Source of the DNA: an uncultured Acidobacteriota bacterium
Lineage (GTDB): Bacteria > Acidobacteriota > Polarisedimenticolia > J045
Length of the DNA stretch: 64,000 bases
Direction of reading: 5' to 3'
Assembly (NCBI GenBank): GCA_963702425.1
Contig: CAVPCQ010000003.1
Span: 1 to 64,000, forward strand
In this document: positions 27,354 through 37,754 of the stretch, piece by piece
Numbering within the stretch: the stretch's first letter is position 1
Layout of the letters: every line of letters begins with the position of its first letter
Position numbers and translations under genes: made by a program
Notes under the pieces: model-generated
Databases searched by the model: none
What the model was told of the DNA's origin: nothing
What the model saw: only the letters and a program-made list of their open reading frames with translations

Positions 27354-29718
27354 CCGGCGCCGACGGTTGCGCCTGGGCCTGGGCGGCCGCGGCGTAGTTG
27401 GGAACCGCGTCGTAGGCGAAGGCCGCGTAGTAGTAGGTCGTGCCGTTGGCCAGCCCGGAGTGTACGCAGGAGTCGGGCGCCCCCGGAGCCCCCGGCTTGT
27501 CGCAGGCCACCGCCCCGTCGCTCGCGCTCGTCGGGTATCCGGTGGTCTTGAAGCGCGTCACCGTCCCCCTGCTGTCCGCGCTCGTCGAGTGCGTCCAGTT
27601 GAGGGTGACCTGGGTGTTCCCCGGGGTCGCCACGAAGTTCGTGACCGGCGTCGGCGGCGTCGTGTCCGGGGGGCCGCCCTGCAGCTCGACCGCGCCCATG
27701 TCGCAGGCCCCGTCGCTCCGCGGGTTGCCGTAGAAGTCCTCGCTCGGACACTCGCTGTTGAGCCCCGCGTTCACCCCCCGGTTCTTGGAGGTCGGGGTGT
27801 AGTTGCTGACCGTGCCGTCCGAGACGCTCGGCTTCACGAAGTAGTTGCGCGAGTCGGCCCCGTCGTTGAACTCGAGGCTCGAGGCGGCGGAACTGCACGA
27901 GGAGTAGCAGACGAAGATGCCGTGCCGCTCCTGGCCGTAGGTCGTGTTGATCGAGTCGAAGGAGTAGTCCGGCCCCGAGCCCGAGCCCTTGAAGGTCTGG
28001 TCTGAGTTGGCCATGTTGACGCTGCCGTTGTAGGGGTGGAGGTAGAGGTTGTAGTCGGTCGTCACGTTGGCCCAACTGTTGCCGTAGGTGATCAGCGAGC
28101 CGTTGAAGTTCGCTCCCGTGTCGGCGTCGACATAGTAGATGTTGTTGAAATGGCGGAGTCCCGCCGCCGAGCCGCTGACACCGAACTCGAAGACCTCCTG
28201 CCGCCAGTTGGCGCTCGTCGAGTGGGACACGCCAAAGGTATTGTTGCGGGCGACGATGTCGTTGCCGGCGCCGTTGAAGAACGCCCACCCGTCTCCCGTC
28301 ACCTCGATCACCGAGTTCTGAAGCAGCAGGTAGTTGAGGCCGTTGTCCTGGGCGCTCGTCCCGATGTACGCGCCGTGAGCGCCGGTCTGCGGCTCCGGGA
28401 ACGACTCGGTGGAGCAGCTATAGACCGTGTCGCTGGCGCACTCGACCGTCCGATACCAGGTGAAGACGCGGTGCATGTAGATCCGGTCGAAGATCACCCG
28501 GTCGGTCGGACTGGTTCCCTTGATGCTGTCGAGGGAGAAGCCGTTCGAGTACCCGCCGCGCATCTCGACGTCGTAGAAGCGCAGGCCCGAGTGCGACACC
28601 GCGCCTCCGGGCACCCCGGTCGTCTTCTCGAGGCAGTCGACCTTCTCGACCTGCATCATCGTGCGGGCCCGGGATAGATCGAAACGGCAGGCCGCCCCGG
28701 CGGAGGTCACGCCACTCAGCAGGTGGTTCGATCCGCCGCTCAGAAAGGAGAAGCTCGAGTCGGTGTTGTAGCCGTTGAACTCGCCGGCGACATCCAGGTA
28801 GACGTTGCGGAAGGCGAAGTAGTCCTTGTCGTTCATCGACCAGGTGACGGAGTAGAAGCCGGCATTGCCGGCGACGACACCAACCGACTCGGGCGAGCTT
28901 CCGTCGAAGGTCTGCACCCAGACCCGCGTGCCGTCGTCACACCACGAGCCGGCCACCTTGGAGACGTGCCCTTCGCAGGTCGGCTCGCCCGAGCAGGGGC
29001 ACGCGCCCACCGTGACATGGACGAAGACATCGCGCCCGGATCGGTTCGCATACCACTTGTCCCAGTAGCCGCTCGTCTGCCGGAAGCCGCGCGGCGCGCT
29101 CCAGACCCCGTCCGAGCCGGCCTGCGACTTGGCGTAGGACCAGACCTCCGGGCGGGAACTGCTCTGGGTCCAGGTCACGCCGCCCGGCTTGGGCTTGGTT
29201 CGCGTGATCGTGACCGATCCCTCGGGACCGTCCCCCTTGACCTCCACGAAGCGCGCCGCATCGAGTGTCGTCGGACCCGCGCTGCTGGTCCCGCGGTACC
29301 CTTCCTCGAGCGTCATCGACGAGCCGCTGACGGCCGCGACGCGTGTCCAGTTGAAATAGGGACCCGTCCCGTCGCAGCGCACCCAGTCCCCGACCGCGAC
29401 GCCGGTGACCGCCGACCCGCAGCTCACGGCCGTCGATTTGGCCGTGCAGGTGCAGCCGGACATCACGTTGTCGGTCTTGAGGGCGCCGCCGTTGGTCTGG
29501 GTGATCCCGGAGCCGACGTAGTAGGTGCCGGGCTGGATCAGGCAGCGGTCGCCCGCCTTGACCGCGGTACCGGCACACTTCCCGGGCGAGGCCCACGCCG
29601 CCGCCGCCGAGTTCCCGGTCCCGGTGTTGGAATCGTTGCCGTCCGCCCGCACGTAGTAATCCGTGGCGAGCGCGGGCGTCGTTGCGAGCGCGGCGATGAT
29701 CAAGCACAGGACGCGCAT
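27301..29718 (-). CDS. Large secreted beta-helix-like protein with C-terminal FN3 domain
   Basis: AGGAG RBS; signal MRVLCLIIAALATTPALA; DYYVRADGNDSNTG...CLIQPGTY (pectate-lyase-like N-terminus); NNTF/NNIY/DYNLY; EDFYGNPRSDGACDMGAVE; FN3 PPTPVTNFVATPGNTQVTLNW...YYYAAFAYD. Cys-rich. Confidence 0.85.
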   Translation of the reverse strand: MRVLCLIIAALATTPALATDYYVRADGNDSNTGTGNSAAAAWASPGKCAGTAVKAGDRCLIQPGTYYVGSGITQTNGGALKTDNVMSGCTCTAKSTAVSCGSAVTGVAVGDWVRCDGTGPYFNWTRVAAVSGSSMTLEEGYRGTSSAGPTTLDAARFVEVKGDGPEGSVTITRTKPKPGGVTWTQSSSRPEVWSYAKSQAGSDGVWSAPRGFRQTSGYWDKWYANRSGRDVFVHVTVGACPCSGEPTCEGHVSKVAGSWCDDGTRVWVQTFDGSSPESVGVVAGNAGFYSVTWSMNDKDYFAFRNVYLDVAGEFNGYNTDSSFSFLSGGSNHLLSGVTSAGAACRFDLSRARTMMQVEKVDCLEKTTGVPGGAVSHSGLRFYDVEMRGGYSNGFSLDSIKGTSPTDRVIFDRIYMHRVFTWYRTVECASDTVYSCSTESFPEPQTGAHGAYIGTSAQDNGLNYLLLQNSVIEVTGDGWAFFNGAGNDIVARNNTFGVSHSTSANWRQEVFEFGVSGSAAGLRHFNNIYYVDADTGANFNGSLITYGNSWANVTTDYNLYLHPYNGSVNMANSDQTFKGSGSGPDYSFDSINTTYGQERHGIFVCYSSCSSAASSLEFNDGADSRNYFVKPSVSDGTVSNYTPTSKNRGVNAGLNSECPSEDFYGNPRSDGACDMGAVELQGGPPDTTPPTPVTNFVATPGNTQVTLNWTHSTSADSRGTVTRFKTTGYPTSASDGAVACDKPGAPGAPDSCVHSGLANGTTYYYAAFAYDAVPNYAAAAQAQAQPSAPVNVSPQDVRNLHRTDTK

Positions 29719-29789
29719 GTCGGGCTTGTCCTCTCCTGGTCCCTCGTCCGGCAGGTCCGAACTGCCGCACGGTCTCGACCGGGTGCACC

Positions 29790-31236
29790 TCACCCGGACG
29801 CGGGCAGCGGTGGTCTCCCGTGCGAAGCTAGGTGGGAAGCGAGCATCGTGCCATGAACCGGCTGCGGGTGGCCGCGGACCAACCTCCTGAGAACGCGAGA
29901 GTTGACTTCCTCAGCCGATGTCGCGTGGTTACAATAACGGAATTCCAGCCCGGCTTTCGCACGGCCGGGCGCCGTCGCCGGGGCGGTATCGACTCGCCGC
30001 CCGCGCCGCCCGCGAAGCCGGAGGAGTTGTCCGGAAAGCCAGTAGGCCGACATGAGAATCAGGTAGGGATCGACCGTCGGCATCCGATACCGTTTCCCGG
30101 CGTAGAACGGGACGTACGCCAGCAACGTGATGCCGACCATCCCCAGCGTCACGATCAGGGCGTCCGACCGACCCTCCTTCAGCGCGCGCGCGAGGCCGAA
30201 GACCGCGAGAACGAGGACCAGGAGATACGGCGCGAACGTCGCGAGTACGAGCGCCGGCCGCACCCCCGTGAGCTCGCCCCGCAAGGTTGAAGTCGAACCA
30301 GAAGCGTCGCAGATCGCGCAGCTTCTCGGCGGCGTAGGCGCCCGGGTGCTGGCTCACGAACGCGCGCCAATACGCGCGCGCGCGCGCATCGAGCGCGACC
30401 TCGTCGGCCGGAAGCGCGTGCAGCTTCGGATCCTCGATCTGGTGATGGTTGTATCCCAGATCCGCCAGCGCGGTCCGGTTGTCCTTTCCCGGCAGGCCCT
30501 TGTAGAGGTTGATGCCGGTGTAGGTCGTGACCGGGACGAAGCGCCCGAAGACGAGCGAGTTCCGGATGACCCACGGGATCGTCACTACCGCCGCGACGAG
30601 CGCGACGACGACGAGCAGGCCCGCTCCGGTCCGGTCTTTCCTCCAGAAGCTGACCATCGCCAGCGCGACGAGTCCGAACACGCAGAATGTCGCGGTGGGA
30701 CGACACAGAACGGCGAGTCCCCAGATCGAACCAGCCAGCGCGGCGGAGCGGACCGTCCGGACCTGCCAGCACCGCACTGTGAGCGCTACCGCCCCGATGG
30801 AGACGGCAACGTACAGCGTCTCGGTCATGATCTCGCCCGTGAAGTAGAGCAGCATCGGGTAGGCGGCGAGCCCGACACCGGCGAGGAGGCCAACACGCTC
30901 GTCGAAGAGCCGGCGGCCGAGGGCGTAGAGCGCGACGGCGGCCAGCCCTCCGAGAACGGCCTGCAGCAGCCGGATGACGCGGTAGTTCTCGCCGAAGGTC
31001 GCGAAGACCGCCCCCAGCATCCACGGGTAGAGCGGCGGGCGGAATGCGCTGGCCCGCCCGCCGAAGCCGAACACTCCGTGGTCTGCGAGCGAGGCACCGA
31101 TGTCGACGTAGGCGACGACGTCCTCGACGAAGTCCGAGGTGATTGGAGTGCGATACGAATCCGCGGGCGCCAGGAATAGGAACGGAAACCGCAGGGCGAA
31201 TGCGAACAGGAACACCCAGGTCGCGGGGAAGCGCAT
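29790..31236 (-). CDS. ArnT/PMT (GT39/GT83-like) membrane glycosyltransferase (frameshift near 30285)
   Basis: AFRPPLYP, MTETLY, LCRP, PWVIRN..FGRFVP; C-terminal TM helices and RYRMPTVDP in the adjacent frame. True 3' end uncertain. Confidence 0.78.
29838..29853 (-). promoter_or_regulatory. Sigma-54-like promoter
   Basis: Minus strand TGGCAC-gatgc-TCGCT, 120 bp upstream of ATG 29718; a TGT-N9-ACA enhancer-like element (TGTCGCGTGGTTACA) lies about 65 bp further upstream. Confidence 0.6.
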
Positions 31237-31314
31237 GGACGGATCCTACATGACATCTCTCGAACCGCGAAGCGCACGAGACGGTCGCCCGATCCGGGCG
31301 GCGGCGGGCGGCGG

Positions 31315-32715
31315 CTACCGCCGGACAGCGTAGACCTGGAAGCGGAACTTCCCCGCCGCGGTGCGCGGGATCTTCGCGACCCAGCGGAAGTCGATCCGCA
31401 TCGCCGGCCCGAAGAAGTCGATCAGCCGCCCGCGGATCACCTGTTCCGCGGCCGGGACGGGGCCTTCCTCAGCGACCAGGTTGATCGTGAGGTGGTCCGG
31501 CTCGTCCTGCACCAGCTGCGATTCCAGGACCCCGTCGATCTTCTTCAGCACGATGTCGAGCCGCCCCAGCGCGCGGCCGTCGGGGGTGTAGAGCACGTCG
31601 TCGATCCGGCCGACGATCGTCTCGATCGCGTCGGTCTGCCAGCCGCAGGGGCAGGGCGTGCGCCGCTCCGGCAGGACGATCGAGTCGCCGAGCCGGTAGC
31701 GCACGAGGACCTGGGCCCGGTTGACGAACCCGGTCCCGACCGCGTCGCCCGGCCGGCCGGTGACCGGCTCGTTGCCGTCGAGCGCCTCGACGTGCCCGAA
31801 CTCGTGGCTGAGGTGGTAGGTCCCGTGCGGGCACTGCCCGATCCAGAAGACGACCTCGGCGGCCCCGTACTGGTCGGCGACCTTGCAGGCGAAGGCCTCC
31901 TCGATCGTCCGGCGCTGCTCGACGTAGAGCGTTTCGGCGCAGGTGATGACCGCCTTCGGCCGGATCCGCGTTTCCCCGCGCCGCAGCGCGTGGGCCGCGA
32001 CGAGGTAGACCCCGGACGGGTAGGCGTTGATCTCCTCCGGGTCGATCGCGGCGATCTTGGCGACGTAGGCGTCGAGCGTCGCCTCGGAGATGTGGAAGTT
32101 GGAGAAGTGCCAGTTGTTCTCCGACATGTCGTGCCGCCAGAACGGCGGCTGCGTCTCCCCCATCGGCACCACCGGGCGGACACCGATCGAGACCCGGGCC
32201 TGCTCGCCCGCGATCCCCCACTGCCGGCGCTGCCGCTCCTGGTAGGCCCAGACCCGCTGGTAGCACCCTCTGTCCTTGTAGGTGGTCAGCGGCTTGCCGG
32301 TCGTCCCGGAGGTGTTCCCCTTGTACAGCGTGCCGTACTTCCCGGCGCGGTACTCGTCGGAGGCGAAGCGCTCGGGCGCGGCCTTGACCTCCACCTTCTC
32401 CGTCACCGGCAACGCGCGGAGGTCCTCGAAGCGCTTCACGTCGCGCGGGTCGAAGCCGAGCTTCGCCCAGAGCTCGCGGTAGTGCGGCACCTGCGCCGCC
32501 GCGTAGGCCAGCGTCTCCTGCAGCCGGCCGAGTTCCAGCTCGCGGATCCGTTCGTAGCTCCAGTTCCGCGTCTCCATCAGCGCGGCCAGCGTCCGGTCGT
32601 GCTCCGCCCCGTAGCGGCGGCGCTTCAGGATCCAGCCGTAGCCGCTCACCATCAGGTCCTGCAGCGGGACCGGGACGTGCCGGTACACGCCGTAGAGCCG
32701 GTCGATCGCACTCAT
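31315..32715 (-). CDS. Phenylacetate-CoA ligase-like (PaaK/CapK) adenylate-forming protein
   Basis: VPHYR, TSGTTGKP, AYPS, DQYGAAE, RYRLGD, GRIDD, IPRTAAGKFR. Confidence 0.88.
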   Translation of the reverse strand: MSAIDRLYGVYRHVPVPLQDLMVSGYGWILKRRRYGAEHDRTLAALMETRNWSYERIRELELGRLQETLAYAAAQVPHYRELWAKLGFDPRDVKRFEDLRALPVTEKVEVKAAPERFASDEYRAGKYGTLYKGNTSGTTGKPLTTYKDRGCYQRVWAYQERQRRQWGIAGEQARVSIGVRPVVPMGETQPPFWRHDMSENNWHFSNFHISEATLDAYVAKIAAIDPEEINAYPSGVYLVAAHALRRGETRIRPKAVITCAETLYVEQRRTIEEAFACKVADQYGAAEVVFWIGQCPHGTYHLSHEFGHVEALDGNEPVTGRPGDAVGTGFVNRAQVLVRYRLGDSIVLPERRTPCPCGWQTDAIETIVGRIDDVLYTPDGRALGRLDIVLKKIDGVLESQLVQDEPDHLTINLVAEEGPVPAAEQVIRGRLIDFFGPAMRIDFRWVAKIPRTAAGKFRFQVYAVRR

Positions 32716-33953
32716 TCCGCCCCTCCCGCCAGCGTCCGGCTGGCGCGTGCCGTGGCTGAGCGCAGCTCGTCGAAGGCATCCCGGCCGACCAGCGAGCGCA
32801 GCACCAGGGGCGGGCTCTGCGAGACGACCGCACCGAAGTGCAACCAGCGCGAGCGCAGGCCGGGGCGGAGCATCGTGATCGACTCCGTCCAGCGGACCTC
32901 GTCGGTCCAGCGGAACTTCCAAGGGTCGCGGCCGCGCAGCAGGCACATCTCACGCGCGTGCTCTTCCTCGATCAGCTTCTCGACCACGACGCCGGTCATG
33001 TAGTGGCCGAGCGACCAGCGCTCGTACTGCGGCGTGAACCCCATCTGGTAGCCGTAGTAGACGCCGTCGTGGAGGAAGCCGTAGTGCGAGGCGCCGGGCA
33101 GCCCCTCGATCGTCAGGACCCAGAAGTAGAGTTCTCCGCGCTCCGTCAGGCGAGCCGCGAGCGCGCGGTGGAAGCGCTGGTAATCGTCCTTCTTGAAGTT
33201 CCCGCCGCGGCCCGTCGCTTCCATCCGCGCCTGGTGCAGCCGCGCCAGCAGGTCCATCCCGGCGTCGACGTCGATGTCCTTCCCGACGCGCTTCCACTCG
33301 ACCCCCAGCTCGCGCTCGATCTTCCGCCGGTAGCGGCGCAACTGCTGCCGGAAGTGCGGGTTCCGGGCCGCCATGAACTCGTCGAAGGTGGCGGGAAGCG
33401 GGAGGAACGGGCAGGGCGAGCGGGTCTCGCGCCGCACCAGCGCCAGGCGCTGCTCGCTCCAGACCTGGGCCATCAGCGCCAGCGAGCCCCCCTCCGCCAG
33501 CTCGGAGAACTGCGCGAAGTCCCAGCCCGGATCCGCGAAGAGCCTCGGCGCGAGCGCCGCCGCGACGCGCTCCTCGAACCCCGGGATGCAGAGGGCGTCG
33601 AGGAAGTCGGGGTTCACGACGTCGCCGTAGCCGACGTTGCGCAGCACCCGGACGCGCCCGAGTCGGGTTGGCCGGGGATCGACGTAGAGCGGCACGATCG
33701 CCACCGGCTGGCCGGCGGGATTGCGCACCACGAAAACGCGCCCCTCGCGCGGGGCGCGTCCATCCACGCCCTCGCGGAAGTGCTCCCACCAGGTGTCGGC
33801 GAAGGTCCAGCCGTTGAACACGTTGCGGGTCCGGGAACGCGGCTCGAGCCAGGTCCACTCGGCGCGCAGCGCCGGGAGCGGCGCCACCTCCACCGCCAGG
33901 CCGGATTCACCCGGGCCGGACGGCTGCGCGAGCAGGGATGGGTCCGCGCTCAT
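32712..33953 (-). CDS. GNAT (CelD/BcsL-like) family protein
   Basis: FNGWTFADTWW, PFLPLPATFDEF, YQMGF...WSLG, LLRGRDPWKFRW. Confidence 0.85.
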   Translation of the reverse strand: MSADPSLLAQPSGPGESGLAVEVAPLPALRAEWTWLEPRSRTRNVFNGWTFADTWWEHFREGVDGRAPREGRVFVVRNPAGQPVAIVPLYVDPRPTRLGRVRVLRNVGYGDVVNPDFLDALCIPGFEERVAAALAPRLFADPGWDFAQFSELAEGGSLALMAQVWSEQRLALVRRETRSPCPFLPLPATFDEFMAARNPHFRQQLRRYRRKIERELGVEWKRVGKDIDVDAGMDLLARLHQARMEATGRGGNFKKDDYQRFHRALAARLTERGELYFWVLTIEGLPGASHYGFLHDGVYYGYQMGFTPQYERWSLGHYMTGVVVEKLIEEEHAREMCLLRGRDPWKFRWTDEVRWTESITMLRPGLRSRWLHFGAVVSQSPPLVLRSLVGRDAFDELRSATARASRTLAGGAE

Positions 33954-33954
33954 C

Positions 33955-35154
33955 TCAGCGCGACCCCCGGGAGGCCGCGGGCGGGCGCTCGCCCGTGAGC
34001 GCGGTCGGGCGCCGGATCAGCGGCGCCCAGTCGCGGCCCAGCAGCTCGGCGTAGAGGGCTTCGGTCCGGTCCAGCATCTTCGCCAGGGAATACTCGTCCC
34101 GGGCCCGGGCGGAAGCACGCCGGCCCAGCTCGCGCCGGCGGTCCGGGGCGTCGATCAGCCGCTCGAGGGCCCGTCCGAGGGCCTCCGCGTCGCCCGGCGG
34201 GACCAGCACGCCCGCGCTCCCGCCGTCCAGGGTCTCGGCGTTGCCGCCGGCCTCGGTGGCGACGATCGCCCGCCCCGCGGCCATCGCCTCGAGCAGCGCG
34301 TTGCTCATCCCCTCCGACAGCGACGGCAGCGCGAAGAGGTCGAGCGCGGCCAGCAGGTCGGGGACCTCCGTCACCACGCCCGGCAGCAGCACCCGGCCCT
34401 CCAGCCCCGCCGCGGCGACCTGGCGCCGCAGGTCCTCGCCGTAGCCGCGCGTCAACTCGCCGGCCAGCACCAGCCGGAGCGTCGCGTGGCGCTCGAAGAG
34501 CGGGCGCATCGCGTCGAGCAGGACCGCCTGCCCCTTGACCTTCTTGATCGTCCCGACAGCCCCGACCACGAAGTCCTCGGGCCGCAGGCCGAGGCGGCGG
34601 CGCAGCGGGGCACCGTCCCCGCGCTCGAAGCGCGCCGCGTCGACGCCGTTGGGGATCACGACCACTTTCTTCCGGCTGGCCCCCTCGGCGTGGAGCGTGA
34701 AGCGCGAAACGGCCTCGGAGTTGCAGACGATCCGGTCGACCAGGGCGTTGGTCAGCCGGTAGCCGAGCAGGTGCAACAGGCGGCCGCGCTTGATCGCGCG
34801 GCGCGTCGTGACGACCGCCCACGGCCGCCCGCGGCGCGCGGCCAGCATCCCGTAGAAATCGGCGTCGAACAGGAAGGTGTGGACGATCCGGATCCGCTCG
34901 TGGCGGACCATCTGCGGGATCAGCCGCAGCCGCCGGAGACCGGCGATCGAGCGCGCCCCGCCAGCCAGCCCGAGCTCCTCGACCGGCACCCCGTCCGCCC
35001 GCAGCCGCTCGGCGTACTCGCCCCCGTGCCCGAGCGTGACGACGCGCGGCGCGACGCGGCCGCGCGCCGCGAGCTCACGTGCGAGCGTCATCACGGCGAG
35101 CTCCGTACCGCCCGGCCCGAGGCTGCCGGTGATGAGGAGTACGCGAACCGTCAT
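33955..35154 (-). CDS. Glycosyltransferase family 4
   Basis: LGPGGTE, IPNGVD, KGQ, SEGMSNALLEAMAAG. Confidence 0.92.
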   Translation of the reverse strand: MTVRVLLITGSLGPGGTELAVMTLARELAARGRVAPRVVTLGHGGEYAERLRADGVPVEELGLAGGARSIAGLRRLRLIPQMVRHERIRIVHTFLFDADFYGMLAARRGRPWAVVTTRRAIKRGRLLHLLGYRLTNALVDRIVCNSEAVSRFTLHAEGASRKKVVVIPNGVDAARFERGDGAPLRRRLGLRPEDFVVGAVGTIKKVKGQAVLLDAMRPLFERHATLRLVLAGELTRGYGEDLRRQVAAAGLEGRVLLPGVVTEVPDLLAALDLFALPSLSEGMSNALLEAMAAGRAIVATEAGGNAETLDGGSAGVLVPPGDAEALGRALERLIDAPDRRRELGRRASARARDEYSLAKMLDRTEALYAELLGRDWAPLIRRPTALTGERPPAASRGSR

Positions 35155-36494
35155 CGAAGCCCGTCCCGTGCCTGTTCCCGAATCACGAAGCGCCGCTTCC
35201 CCGAGGCCAGCGGCGCGATCTCGTCCTGCTCGCAGAGCTCGACCGCGAGCGCTGGCCCGAGACGCTCGGCCAGGACCGCCCGGACCCGTTCCCTTGCGGC
35301 GTCATCGTAACCCGGCCCGGGGACCAGCCGGACCAGCAGGTGATCGGGCCGGTCCTGCACGACCTGAAACTGCCGGATCGAGCGGTCGAAGGGGCGCAGA
35401 ACGAGCGTGAAGAAGGTCCCGCCGAAGGAGCGGCCGTCGGGGGTCGTGACGACGTCGAGCACGCGACCCTCGATCAACTCCATCCGGCCGAGCGGCCGAC
35501 CACAACGGCACGGTCCGCGGGCAGACCGGGCAAGGTCTTCGATCCGGTAGCGGATCAGGGGCATCACCCGGTTGTCGAGGTCGGTGATCACCAGCTCGCG
35601 CAGGTCGGGGTCCTCGGGAGTCGGCAGGGCCTCGACGAAGAGGCGCATGTCCATCAGGTGCAACCCGCCACCCAGCGGGCAGTCGGCGGCGACCATCCCG
35701 AACTCGCGGCAGGCGTAGCGGTTGCGCACGACGGCGCCGAACAGCTCCTCGAGCTCCGCCCGCACCGGCTCGAACAGCGCTTCCGCCGAGCAGTAGATGA
35801 TCCGCACGCCGAGGCGCCGGCAGAGGTCGCGTCCCCAGCGCCGCGCCAGGTCGAGCAGGATCGAGGGGTACGACGAGATCACCTCCGGGCGCAGCTCGAG
35901 CAGGCGCGCCGCGTAGGCGTCGAGCTCGGCCGGGCCGACGCCGTAGGCGGAAAGGAAGAGGCGGTTCGTCAGGCGGTCGTAGAGCGCCGCGCCGCGCGAC
36001 GGGTTCTGCTCGAGTGAAGCACCCCAGATCGTGGCCGTGCGCGTACCGGGCCGGACACGGTCCCACTCCTCGGTCAGGCGGCCGGCCGCGCGACGCCGGT
36101 CGTGCGCTTCCCCGTCCACCAGGAACCAGACGTTCCGCCCCGTCGAGCCGCCGGTGGACGAGCGCGTCACGCGGCCCGGCTCGGGCTGGGTGCTGGTCAT
36201 CGCCTCGCCGGCGGCGTTGATCAGCTCCTTGGTCGTCACCGGCAGCGCCGCGAGGTGCTCGGGCCGGGTGAAGTCGGCGGGACGCGCCCCGAGCCGGACG
36301 AAGGTCTCGCGCCAGTACGGGACGGTGCGCGCGGCGTGGTCGAGCTGCGCGCGCAGCCGCTCCCAGCGCCAGGTCGCGAACGCCGCGGGGGTCCAGCGCT
36401 CCATCGCGCGGTACTGCGCGAGGAGCTGCGGGTAGCGGCGCCCGGTGCGCCAGGCGATGGCGCGGTCGAGGGCCCGGGCGACGAGCGGGACCAT
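35151..36494 (-). CDS. Phenylacetate-CoA ligase-like (PaaK/CapK) adenylate-forming protein
   Basis: Internal ATG 36494 with GAGG upstream; TVPYWR, STGGSTG, SYPS, RYACRE, MPLIRYRIED, ASGKRR. Confidence 0.85.
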   Translation of the reverse strand: MVPLVARALDRAIAWRTGRRYPQLLAQYRAMERWTPAAFATWRWERLRAQLDHAARTVPYWRETFVRLGARPADFTRPEHLAALPVTTKELINAAGEAMTSTQPEPGRVTRSSTGGSTGRNVWFLVDGEAHDRRRAAGRLTEEWDRVRPGTRTATIWGASLEQNPSRGAALYDRLTNRLFLSAYGVGPAELDAYAARLLELRPEVISSYPSILLDLARRWGRDLCRRLGVRIIYCSAEALFEPVRAELEELFGAVVRNRYACREFGMVAADCPLGGGLHLMDMRLFVEALPTPEDPDLRELVITDLDNRVMPLIRYRIEDLARSARGPCRCGRPLGRMELIEGRVLDVVTTPDGRSFGGTFFTLVLRPFDRSIRQFQVVQDRPDHLLVRLVPGPGYDDAARERVRAVLAERLGPALAVELCEQDEIAPLASGKRRFVIREQARDGLR

Positions 36495-36498
36495 CGCC

Positions 36499-37754
36499 TC
36501 AGATCTCCCCGCCGATCGGCTTGCCGCCCGCGGGGGGACGACGCGCCGGTAGAGCCAGATCGCCTTGATCGGCAGCTCGGCCCAGCCGATGCCGCGGTTC
36601 CGCTCGACCTTGAGCGCGAACGACAGCACCCACGGGAAGATGCTCTCGCTGCCGCGGAAGAAGGAGCTCGCCGAGATCCGCCCGATCCGCGCCGGGTCGG
36701 TCCCGCGGCGGTTGATCGGCTGCTTCGCCCGCGAGGGGAGCGTCGCCGCGAGGTAGCCGGTCGCGGCCAGCAGCGCGAACGCGGCGTCGCAGGTCCCGCC
36801 GTTGGGCCAGCACATGAAGCGCACCGGGCGGCCCGTGATCGCCTCGAGGGCCTCCCGGCTCCCGCGCAGCTCGCCGGCCAGGCGCGCGTCGAGCGCGGCT
36901 GCGTCCTCGGGCCGCGCCGCCGGGGGGTGGCTGGTGCGGTAGCGTTCGGTGAGGGCGCGCAGCTCCTCGCGCCAGCCGGCGCGCTCGAAGAAGGCTGCAC
37001 CCCCGTGCTGCTCGACGTGAGCCGTGAGCAGCCGCTCGAGGCCGGGGTCGGGCGTCACCGCGGGCCCCGCCAGGGCCAGCTCGCTGCGGTAGATCGGCAT
37101 CCCCCACGGCACGCCCGCCGGGTCGATCGCGGTGAACCAGCGCGGCTTCCGCTCCGGATTCCGGTTCCACCAGAGCCAGCGCAGCTGGTGCAGCGGCGTC
37201 TCCGGGTGGTGGAAGTCGACGACCTCCTCGCTGACCGGCAGCCAGGTGTGGGTCCGGCCGTGACTCTGCACGTCCATCAGCCCCGACTGGGCCAGCGCAC
37301 GCAGCTCGCCGCGGTTCATGTAGCCGAAGGCCTCGAGCTCGTCCTCGGCGACGCGGCCGGCCCAGGCGTCCTCGAGCGTCGGCCGCGGCGTCACCTCCGG
37401 CTGTACGAAGTCGCTCGGGACGAAGACGGTTGCGGTGAAACCGTACCTCTTCAGCAGCGGCGCTGCGTAGACCCAGTTGTCGAGATAGCCGTCGTCGAAG
37501 GTCAGGACGATCGGCTTGGCCGGGAGCGCCGCGCCGTGCGCAAGGTGGTCGTGGAGCTGGGCCAGCGAGACGGTGTGAAACCCGCGCCGCTTCATCCAGG
37601 CGAGGTACCCCTCGAACATCGGCGGCGGGCACCAGACCGGAAAGGTCGGCGGCCGGTCCTTCCGGAAGCCGGCGACGGAGTGGAGCATGACGACCGGGAC
37701 GCGCACCGGATGCGTGTCGAGAAGAAGGAGCCGCCTCGGGTGGAACCGGCTCAT
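36499..37754 (-). CDS. Polysaccharide deacetylase family protein (appears fused to the next gene via a probable homopolymer indel)
   Basis: VVMLHSV, LTFDDGYLDN, VQSHGRTH, CWPNG; natural-looking end PPAGGKPIGGEI* at 36499 in a shifted frame. Confidence 0.82.

Noticed and set aside
1323-29718. PEP-CTERM or exosortase genes expected for this type of EPS locus
   Set aside because: No VPEP-TM-basic tail and no exosortase-like ORF found in the window; they may lie elsewhere.
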